NCBI GenBank assembly: GCA_016792935.1
Contig: JAEUJS010000455.1
Location: forward strand, 1 to 20,896
Direction: 5' to 3'
Source: Archangium sp.
Lineage (GTDB): Bacteria > Myxococcota > Myxococcia > Myxococcales > Myxococcaceae
Length of the DNA: 20,896 nucleotides
The position numbers and the translations under genes were made by a program. Numbering within the stretch: position 1 is the first letter of the stretch; each line of letters starts with the position of its first letter. This document shows positions 14,036 to 20,896 of the stretch, piece after piece. The notes under the pieces are model-generated. The model saw only the letters and a list, made by a program, of their open reading frames with translations. It did not search any database and had not been told where the DNA came from.

Positions 14036-16057
14036 ATGTGCCCTGATGAGAACGAGTTGCTGAAGTTCGCGAGCGGTGCCGCGGGTGAGCTCCCGGCCCT
14101 GGAAGCGCACCTCGACGGTTGCGAAGACTGCCGGCGTGCAGTGGCGGCGGCGGCTTCAGAGCGCACCCTGCCGACGCAAGCCGTCACGCACACGCTCTCA
14201 CCCGGTCAGCGCGTCGCCCGCTACGAAATCGAGCGCGAGCTCGGCCGCGGAGGCATGGGCATCGTCTACCAGGCGCGCGACGTGACGCTCGATCGCCGCG
14301 TGGCGCTCAAGCTGCTGCACGCGCGCCGAGATGAAGCGGCACAGGCCCGACTCCTCCGCGAAGCACAGGTGATGGCGAAGCTCACGCACCCCAACGTGGT
14401 GCCGGTCTTCGAGCTGGGCGAGTGGAAGAGCGACCTCTACCTGGTGATGGAGCTGGTGAACGGCGTCACGCTCGAGCAGTGGTTGAAGCGCGAGAAGCAC
14501 CGCCGCTCCGACATCATTCATGCCTTCGTTCAGGCGGGCCGTGGACTCGCCGCTGCACACGCAGCGGGCGTGGTGCACCGCGACTTCAAGCCAGCGAACG
14601 TGTTGGTCGGTGGTGATGGCCGCGTGCGCGTGACCGACTTCGGGCTCTCGCGGCCGGGACCTGCGCTCGAGCTCCCGGCGACCGACAGCGCCGTCGTCAC
14701 GCGCGACGGAGCCATCGTCGGCACGCTCGCGTACATGTCTCCCGAGCAGATCGACGGGAAGACGGCCGACGAGCGCAGCGACCAGTTCTCATTCTGCGTG
14801 TCATTGGTGGAAGCGCTCAGCGGCCTGCGTCCCTTCGAAGGAGAGAACTGGGCGCAGCTCGCGCAGGGTCTGGCCAAGAAGCCGCGCCTCTCTGGAGTGC
14901 CGCGTGCCCTGCGCTCCGTTCTCCGCAAGGGCCTCGAGCGAGATGCGTCGCGTCGCTACACGTCACTCACCGCGTTGCTCAACGCCATCGAGCGCAGCCA
15001 GCAGCTCGGGTGGAGCGCCGTTGCCGCCACCGCCGCCGCCGCGCTCGTCGCCGCAGGGGTGTATTTCTTTCCGACGCTCGCTCCGCAGCCGGCGGCGCTG
15101 GGCAAAGACCTCGTTCCCATCGTCGTCGCCAGCCGCGACCTGCAACCCGGCACCGTCGTCACCGCCGACATGCTCGAGCAACAAGTGATGCCGAGGGAAC
15201 GCGTCACCACCTCGTTCGTCGCGCACGACTCGCTCAGCTACATCCTCAATCAGAAGGTCATCGTGCTGGTGCAGAAGGGCGACCCCATCACCTGGCAGCA
15301 GTTCGAGACGGCAGACAAGCCGAGCCTCGCGAATGAGGACTACGTGCCAGTGGTGATGGCCGCGGTGGACATCGTCGACGGCACGACCGTGACGATGGAG
15401 ATGATTCAGCAGCGCAACATGCCGTCGATGTACGTCACCAGCTCGGTCATCAAGCCCGACGCCGCGTCGTACATCGTGGGGCAGAGAATCCTCGTGCCGG
15501 TGCAGAAGGGCGACGTGTTGCTGTGGTCGCAGTTCGAGACCATCAAGAGCAACACATCGATGGTGACGGTGATGGTGGCCGCTCGTGATTTGCCCGAGGG
15601 CTCGGTGCTCAGCAAAGACCGCGTCATGCAGGAAGAGATCCCCGAGTACATGGCGACCAGCTCGGTGATGCGGCCCAGGCAGTCGGGGCACCTCTGGGGT
15701 CACGCGCTCAAGGGCAAGCTGCGCAAGGGCGACCTGATTCTGTGGAGCAATCTGTCCGACGAGATGTTCATGGAAGACGGGCTCGACGCGAACTCGGTGA
15801 CGGAGCTGGTGAAGAAGAACATGAGCTCGCTCGCGCCGTGTCTGCAGAAACCGCCGCTGGGCGTGCCCCAGACGAACATGGTGTGGAGCGTTCATCCCGA
15901 TGGCTCCGCGTTCGACGTGCACCTCGAAGAGAAGGACCTCACCGGCAGCGAGCTCGAGTCGTGTCTCTCGAAGGCGGTCACCGCGCTCAGCTTCCCGAAG
16001 TCGAAGCGGCCGACGGTGGACGCGTCGCTGCAGTTGGTGTTCGCACCGGCGCAGTGA
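14036..16057 (+). CDS. Ser/Thr protein kinase with an N-terminal anti-sigma-type zinc finger (HxxxCxxC), one TM helix and three tandem SAF/CpaB-like extracytoplasmic repeats.
   Basis: ATG 14036 preceded by AGGAGG at -11 to -6. The track GTG 14012 lies inside that SD. LEAHLDGCEDCRRAV zinc-finger motif. Hanks kinase motifs GRGGMGIVYQA, VALK, HRDFKPANVL, DFGL, GTLAYMSPEQ. TM segment WSAVAATAAAALVAAGVYFF. Three ~90-aa repeats (…VVASRDLQPGTVV…, …VMAAVDIVDGTTV…, …MVAARDLPEGSVL…). Confidence 0.9.
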   Translation: MCPDENELLKFASGAAGELPALEAHLDGCEDCRRAVAAAASERTLPTQAVTHTLSPGQRVARYEIERELGRGGMGIVYQARDVTLDRRVALKLLHARRDEAAQARLLREAQVMAKLTHPNVVPVFELGEWKSDLYLVMELVNGVTLEQWLKREKHRRSDIIHAFVQAGRGLAAAHAAGVVHRDFKPANVLVGGDGRVRVTDFGLSRPGPALELPATDSAVVTRDGAIVGTLAYMSPEQIDGKTADERSDQFSFCVSLVEALSGLRPFEGENWAQLAQGLAKKPRLSGVPRALRSVLRKGLERDASRRYTSLTALLNAIERSQQLGWSAVAATAAAALVAAGVYFFPTLAPQPAALGKDLVPIVVASRDLQPGTVVTADMLEQQVMPRERVTTSFVAHDSLSYILNQKVIVLVQKGDPITWQQFETADKPSLANEDYVPVVMAAVDIVDGTTVTMEMIQQRNMPSMYVTSSVIKPDAASYIVGQRILVPVQKGDVLLWSQFETIKSNTSMVTVMVAARDLPEGSVLSKDRVMQEEIPEYMATSSVMRPRQSGHLWGHALKGKLRKGDLILWSNLSDEMFMEDGLDANSVTELVKKNMSSLAPCLQKPPLGVPQTNMVWSVHPDGSAFDVHLEEKDLTGSELESCLSKAVTALSFPKSKRPTVDASLQLVFAPAQ

Positions 16058-16102
16058 ACCAGCGTTGACGGGCGAGGAGCGTGCGAGTTCGCTTGGCAGT
16101 CC

Positions 16103-16909
16103 ATGGCACGTGAGAAGCCGCTGAGCACCGCACGCCGTCTCGAGAGAAGTCTTCCGAAGTTATCGCCGCTGATGCGCGAGGCGTACGCCTCGATGTGGAC
16201 CGACGCGCAGTGCGATGCGTGGGGCCGGAGAACGAAGGGCCCCGAGGTCGCGAAGCAGGCCAACGACTGGCTGCAGCTCGCCGACAAGGCGCTGCGCGCC
16301 GAGGGAGCAGAAGACATCCCGTGGTCGCGGCAGAGACTCGCGTGGGTCGCGTCGCTGACGGTGCAGCTCGAGAACGAGCTCGCGGGGAAGCTGGACGATG
16401 AGAGCTCCGCGGCGCGGCATGCGCGTGACGAGCACCTCGCGGCCGCGAAGCATCTGCGCGCGAAGACGTTGAGCCGCATGTCCTTGCTCGTCGGCGGCAA
16501 CGGAGAGCGCGGCGCGGCGCTGGCAGTGGCGAACAAAGACAGCTGCAACGCTGACGAGGTCGCCTCGACGCTCGGTGCGCTCGCCAACTTGCTGCATCTG
16601 TGGCGAATGGAAGCGCGCCTGCGGCTCCTGGCAGACGAGCTGGGGCTCGATGAGACCGTGGTGCGTGGGCTGCGTGAGTCGAAGAGTCAGCTGGCAGAGG
16701 CCGAGCTGAACGCGGCGAGCCTGCGTCCGTCGCGCGGTGATGGGCCCGCGCTCAACCGCGTGGAAGGAAGGTTGCTCCGCGAGTTGCGCGCGCTGCAGCT
16801 CGCGTTCGGAATGGCGCGCGACCAGGGGCTGAATGCGCCGAAGTTGCCGGTGCGGGCGGCGCTCAAGTCGATCTTCTCGAGTCGGCAGTCCACCGAAGTC
16901 GAGGAGTAG
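16103..16909 (+). CDS. Hypothetical alpha-helical protein (268 aa).
   Basis: ATG 16103, high GC3, A/L/E/R-rich without recognisable motifs. The antisense ORF 16160..16915 is Arg-rich nonsense. Confidence 0.55.
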   Translation: MAREKPLSTARRLERSLPKLSPLMREAYASMWTDAQCDAWGRRTKGPEVAKQANDWLQLADKALRAEGAEDIPWSRQRLAWVASLTVQLENELAGKLDDESSAARHARDEHLAAAKHLRAKTLSRMSLLVGGNGERGAALAVANKDSCNADEVASTLGALANLLHLWRMEARLRLLADELGLDETVVRGLRESKSQLAEAELNAASLRPSRGDGPALNRVEGRLLRELRALQLAFGMARDQGLNAPKLPVRAALKSIFSSRQSTEVEE

Positions 16910-16937
16910 TCGCACGCACTCCGCACGAAGCGACGCT

Positions 16938-17357
16938 GGAGGCGCACGCAGTCACGCCGGAGGCGCACGCAGTCGCTCGGGAGCTGCACGCAGTCTCGCC
17001 GGAGCCAAACGCAGTGACCCCGGAGGCGCACGCAGTGACTCCGGGGGCGCACGCAGTCGCTTGGGAGCTGCACGCAGTCACGCTGAAGGCGCACGCAGTC
17101 ACGCCGGAGGCCCACGCAGTCACGCCGGAGGCCCACGCAGTCACGCCGGAGGCGCACGCAGTCGCTTGGGAGCTGCACGCAGTCTCGCTGAAGGCGCACG
17201 CAGTCACGCCGGAGGCCCACGCAGTCGCTCGGGAGCTGCACGCAGTCCCGCTGGAGGCGCACGCAGTCACGCCGGAGGCGCACGCAGTCACGCTGGAGGC
17301 CCACGCAGTCGCTCGGGAGCTTCACGCACTCACGATGGAGGCGCACGCAGTCACGCC
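16938..17357. repeat. Intergenic tandem repeat array: 20 contiguous 21-bp units (consensus GGAGGCGCACGCAGTCACGCC) with higher-order 42/63-bp organisation.
   Basis: Units counted by hand; all are exactly 21 bp with core GCACGCAGT invariant in 18 of 20. Variant classes recur as B-C pairs (…CAGTCGCTCG GGAGCTGCACGCAGTCNCGCY). There are no spacers, so it is not CRISPR. All six frames are open across it, which explains the spurious ORFs 16833..17921, 17014..17499, 16687..17535 and 16863..17291. Confidence 0.95.
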
Positions 17358-17596
17358 GGCTTCCAGCCGCCGCAGTCGCGACTCGGCCACCAGCCCCGCG
17401 CGCCGTACCTGCACGGTCGCTCGAGGCCCTACCTGTCGTGGCCATGCACCCCGGTGTCCGCGTGCGTCCTGCACGGCGAGCCGACGAGCGCGGTGGTGAC
17501 GGCGCGGCACCTCGCGACAAGTCACCGCTCATCATGCGTGGCGAGTTCGCCTTGCGACTCCCGAGCGTGTCTCGTCCAGCCCGTTAGACTCCCGCC

Positions 17597-18031
17597 ATGC
17601 GAGACATCATCCACACGCTCGAGCAGCAGCACCGCGCCCTGGAGAAAGAAGTCGCCATGCTCGAAGGCGCGCTCGCAGCGAAGAGCGCGCGTGGCGTCCG
17701 CTCCGCGCTCGACAAGCTCGAAGGCATGCTCACCGTGCACTTCACGCTCGAGCAGAAGGAGTTCTACCCGCCGTTCCTCCAGCGCGTGGAACAGGCAGAC
17801 CCCGAAGCCAACAAGCTCGTGCTCCTCTTCCACCAGAACCTCGAGCGCATCGCGCTGGGCGTGCTCGCCTTCTTCCGCCGATGGAACGGCGAGCTCGAAC
17901 CCGCGCGCCTCTCCGAGCTGAACGGAGAATGGAAGACCACGCTCAAGGTGCTGTCCGGCCGCCTGCGCGACGAAGAGAAGGTGCTGCACCCCATCTACGT
18001 GCGCCTGTTCGGAGCGCCTCCGACGAGCTGA
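17597..18031 (+). CDS. Hemerythrin-like (HHE cation-binding) domain protein.
   Basis: LTVHFTLEQKEFYPPFL and HQNLERIALGVLAFF are typical of bacterial hemerythrin-like four-helix-bundle proteins. 144 aa. ATG 17597. High GC3. Confidence 0.7.
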   Translation: MRDIIHTLEQQHRALEKEVAMLEGALAAKSARGVRSALDKLEGMLTVHFTLEQKEFYPPFLQRVEQADPEANKLVLLFHQNLERIALGVLAFFRRWNGELEPARLSELNGEWKTTLKVLSGRLRDEEKVLHPIYVRLFGAPPTS

Positions 18032-18808
18032 TCAATCCTCATCGACGAGCGGCGGCGGAGACGACTCACTCGCACCCAACACCGCCGCCGTGATGGCGCC
18101 CGACACGCCCAGCCCAATCGCCACGCTCCCCGTGCCGAGCAGCGCGTTCGCGGCTCCCGCACGCTCGAGCGCCTGTGGCCGCGTCAGCGTCGTCACCACC
18201 GGCTGCTCCGCGAGCGCGGCGTCGAGCTGACCCTTCGCCACCGCACCGGCGATGAGCAGCGCGATGCCCACCACGCCTACGCCGAGCGACGTGAAGCCGA
18301 TGACCTTCGGCGCCGCAGACGGAGCGGCACGCGACGTGTCCACCCACTCGGGCTGCGGCACGACCTTCACGGGCGGCTTCTCGACCTCGGGCTTCGGGTT
18401 CTCCGCGACCGGCGCGTCCTTCAACAGCCGCGTCGAGAGCTGATGCGCGAACACCTGCGCCTCGGGGCTGCGCTCGAACTTCTCCACGTTGCTCACGAGG
18501 AACGTCTGCTGCAACACGACGGCCTCTCCATCGACGGCGTCGAGGTCCACCGTCACGCCCTTCTTGCTCTTCACGATGGTCATGCCGACCACCACGCGCT
18601 TCCGCTCGCGCGCCAGCGACTGCAGACAGGCGCGGTCCGCACACGTCTCGTTGACGACCTCGGCCTTCACGCTGACGTCCTCGAGCGCCTTCGCCAACTT
18701 CGTCCGCAGCTCCGCTCCTGCGGGAGCAGGAAGGCCGAGCGTCGAGCGTTCCACCACCACCACGTCGGCGGCGGCAGAGACGATGAGCGTGAGGGCGAGC
18801 GCGAACAT
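18032..18808 (-). CDS. Hypothetical exported membrane protein (signal peptide, Pro/Glu-rich linker, two C-terminal TM helices), co-operonic with the upstream kinase.
   Basis: I place the start at ATG 18808 (MFALALTLIVSAAADVVVVE); the 18 codons upstream to the track ORF start overlap the kinase 3' end. Hydrophobic segments IGFTSLGVGVVGIALLIAGAV and VAIGLGVSGAITAAVLGA. It begins 5 nt after the kinase stop on the same strand. Confidence 0.65.
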   Translation of the reverse strand: MFALALTLIVSAAADVVVVERSTLGLPAPAGAELRTKLAKALEDVSVKAEVVNETCADRACLQSLARERKRVVVGMTIVKSKKGVTVDLDAVDGEAVVLQQTFLVSNVEKFERSPEAQVFAHQLSTRLLKDAPVAENPKPEVEKPPVKVVPQPEWVDTSRAAPSAAPKVIGFTSLGVGVVGIALLIAGAVAKGQLDAALAEQPVVTTLTRPQALERAGAANALLGTGSVAIGLGVSGAITAAVLGASESSPPPLVDED

Positions 18809-18813
18809 GGTGG

Positions 18814-20817
18814 TCACTTCTTGAAGAACGTCTTCTCGATGTCCGCCAACTCGGACCAGCACTTGTCGGGCGCCGCGCTGCAGTAGCGCGCCTCGTCGAG
18901 CTGCAACTTCGCTGCGCGTCGCAGGTCTTCCGGCAACGTCTTCGCGCGCTGATTCAGCTCACGCCACTTCTTGTTCACGTCCTTCTGCGTGTGCCGCTCC
19001 GCCTTCGCCGGAGCCTTCGGTTTGGGGGGCTGCGGCTCGGGTTTCACCACCTCGACCGGCTCCGGCTTCACCACCTGGACCGGCTCGGGCTTCTCCACTT
19101 CGACCGGCGGAGGCAGCTCGACCACCGGCTTCACTGGAGGCCGCGGTGTCTCATCAGGAAGACGCAGCGCGACGAACGCACCGCCAAGCACCGCAATCAC
19201 ACACACCAGCGCGACAGGCACTTTCCAGCTGCCGCCACCCTGAGAGGGATGTTCATCGGTGGTCTCGCGCGACGCCGCATCGGCAGCGGGCGCCACGGGA
19301 CGCACGCGCGTGGGAACGACTCCGGCCGCGAGCGCTTCGCCCAGCCGCTCGAGCTGCTCCTTCACTTCCTGCGCGGACGCGGGCCGTTTCTGCGGGTCTT
19401 TCTCGAGCAGCCGCATCACCAACTTGTCGAACTCCACCGGCACCTGCGGAGCCGACGTGCGCAACGGCCTGGGCGCCAACGTGCGATGCGCGTCGAGCAG
19501 CTCGTGCAGGTTCGCCGAGGTGAACGGCGGATGACCACTGAGCATCTCGTACAGCACACAGCCGAAGCTGTAGAGGTCGGTGTACGGCCCGACGTTCTCT
19601 CCGCGCGCCTGCTCGGGAGCGACGTACAGCGGCGTGCCTCCCACGCTCGTCTGCCGCAGCGAACGCGCGCCCTTCTCACCGCGCCGCGCGAGCCCGAAGT
19701 CGAGCAGCTTGGGAAACACCGAGCCGTCGTGGAGCTTCAGCAGGAACACGTTGCCTGGCTTCAGGTCGCGGTGAATCACGCCCGCGGCGTGCGCAGCGCC
19801 GAGCCCGCTGAGCATCGGAATGCAGATGGACAACGTTTCCTTCGGGCTGAGCGGCGCGCGCTCGGCCAGCACCTGCTCGAGCGATTGTCCCTCGAGCAGC
19901 TCCATCACCAGGAAGGCGTCGCCCGCGGGGGTCTCGCCGAAGCTGAAGACGTCGATGATGTTCGGGTGCCGCGCGATGGACAGCGAGCGCGCTTCCTCGA
20001 GGAAGCGACGCGCGTGGTCGGGGTCATTCGCGTACTCGCGGCGCAGCAACTTGATGGCGACGGGCCGGCCGATGACGGGGTGCTCTCCGCGGTACACGAC
20101 GCCCATGCCCCCGGTGCCGAGCGGAGCGAGGACGCGGTACTCGCCCAACATCGCGCCGATGAGTGGGTCGGTCGCGCTGCTGATGGCGCGCACCGTCGTC
20201 ACTTCGAGCGGAGCCGCCGGCACATCAGGGCCCGTCACCAGCTCCGGCTGACGTCGCACGGCCGGAGGATCGACGATGGCCGGGTTGGCGCGAATCACCG
20301 CGGGCCGTCGCTGCGTGGCATCGGCATCACCCGGCTCCGCCCACGGCACTTCATGGCGACCCGTCAGCTGATCTCGCTGAACGGTGGAATCGAGACCGGC
20401 GTCCACTCCCGCGTGCGTCGGAGGCGGAACGATGTCGCGCGAGTGTCGACGCACGGTCCGCTCGAACGCGCCTTCCTCGCTCGGAGGCGGAACGAGGTCG
20501 CGCGAGTGCCGACGCACGGCTGAATCAGCAGGCGAGCCGGCTGCGTGACGCGGGTCCAACGGTGCACCTTTGTCTCCCGCATCTCCCGCGTGCGCGGCGT
20601 GTTGTGTCGTCGAGACCTCACGTGACTGACGTCGCGCGTTCGGGAGCGCGGCCTCTCGCACCGTCGGCGCGTGCGGCTCCTCGTCGATGGTGAGCGCCGC
20701 GTGCGCAGGCCGCGCCATGGACGGGTCGGTCGGTGCGTCTCCGCGCGCGGCCTTCAGGCGCTCCAGAACACCGTCATCGTGTGCGTCGTCGGTGGCCATC
20801 AGAGTTTGTTGAACCAC
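18814..20817 (-). CDS. Ser/Thr protein kinase with a disordered repeat-containing N-terminus, one TM helix and a Pro-rich (VVKPEP) extracytoplasmic tail.
   Basis: Kinase motifs GTGGMGVVYRGEH, VAIKLL, HRDLKPGNVFL, DFGLARR, GTPLYVAPEQ. TM VPVALVCVIAVLGGAFVAL. The start is GTG 20817 or ATG 20799 (M7). Confidence 0.9.
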   Translation of the reverse strand: MVQQTLMATDDAHDDGVLERLKAARGDAPTDPSMARPAHAALTIDEEPHAPTVREAALPNARRQSREVSTTQHAAHAGDAGDKGAPLDPRHAAGSPADSAVRRHSRDLVPPPSEEGAFERTVRRHSRDIVPPPTHAGVDAGLDSTVQRDQLTGRHEVPWAEPGDADATQRRPAVIRANPAIVDPPAVRRQPELVTGPDVPAAPLEVTTVRAISSATDPLIGAMLGEYRVLAPLGTGGMGVVYRGEHPVIGRPVAIKLLRREYANDPDHARRFLEEARSLSIARHPNIIDVFSFGETPAGDAFLVMELLEGQSLEQVLAERAPLSPKETLSICIPMLSGLGAAHAAGVIHRDLKPGNVFLLKLHDGSVFPKLLDFGLARRGEKGARSLRQTSVGGTPLYVAPEQARGENVGPYTDLYSFGCVLYEMLSGHPPFTSANLHELLDAHRTLAPRPLRTSAPQVPVEFDKLVMRLLEKDPQKRPASAQEVKEQLERLGEALAAGVVPTRVRPVAPAADAASRETTDEHPSQGGGSWKVPVALVCVIAVLGGAFVALRLPDETPRPPVKPVVELPPPVEVEKPEPVQVVKPEPVEVVKPEPQPPKPKAPAKAERHTQKDVNKKWRELNQRAKTLPEDLRRAAKLQLDEARYCSAAPDKCWSELADIEKTFFKK

Positions 20818-20896
20818 GGAGAGCGCGCCACTCCCGGCGATGGCGGCAAGGAACCTGAGATGAAGACCGTCACCACGCCCGCGTCACCGCCAGGCA

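Noticed and set aside
14963-15922. 319-aa minus-strand ORF antisense to the first Ser/Thr kinase, plus the small ORFs at 14076..14616.
   Set aside because: The sense strand has all Hanks kinase motifs. The antisense translation is His/Arg-rich nonsense.
16687-17921. Long ORFs in every frame across the 21-bp array (16833..17921 +, 17014..17499 +, 16687..17535 -, 16863..17291 -), and the idea that the array is a CRISPR locus or a heptad-repeat protein.
   Set aside because: A 21-bp stop-free repeat keeps all frames open, so ORF length is uninformative. These ORFs overlap the supported flanking genes in antisense. The units are contiguous without unique spacers, so it is not CRISPR. In the only frame lacking such conflicts, no start codon sits at the array 5' side.
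18991-20523. 510-aa plus-strand ORF antisense to the second kinase; also 18066..18644(-) and 18443..18886(+) overlapping the membrane-protein gene.
   Set aside because: Arg/His-rich low-complexity. The kinase and exported protein are supported on the minus strand.
20818-20896. Possible start of another gene at the window end (plus ATGAAGACCGTC… at ~20861, or minus-strand continuation).
   Set aside because: Only ~35 nt is visible, so it cannot be supported.

Overview
This is a high-GC (~69%) bacterial chromosomal segment with densely packed genes. Two eukaryotic-like Ser/Thr kinases, an ECF sigma / zinc-finger anti-sigma-kinase pair, TPR proteins and extensive low-complexity coding suggest Myxococcota, but I could not verify taxonomy. 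I support about 19 CDSs, no rRNA/tRNA and no CRISPR array. Many long antisense ORFs in the track are artefacts of GC-rich DNA; I chose strands by recognisable protein families and third-position GC. The main result is a tight minus-strand cluster at 7853-13218. It encodes a clear major vault protein (MVP) homolog, a Lys-rich histone-H1-like protein that overlaps its 3' end, and a ferritin-like diiron protein. It also encodes an ABC/AAA_21-type ATPase with a 4-nt-overlapping Toprim (DUF4276/OLD/AbiL-like) partner, and possibly a small CxxC protein. This is a candidate, apparently undescribed, bacterial vault-like compartment or defence-linked system. Other features: a perfect-length 21-bp x 20 intergenic tandem array with 42/63-bp superstructure (16938-17357); a giant membrane coiled-coil protein coupled to a TPR/peptidase-MA-like protein and a small Cys-rich secreted protein; a GH1 beta-glucosidase lipoprotein whose start should be moved; and three tandem SAF/CpaB-like repeats in a kinase ectodomain. 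All homology statements are by eye from memory of family motifs, with no database searches run. My base counting differs from the ORF track by 1 nt in places, so I used track coordinates.
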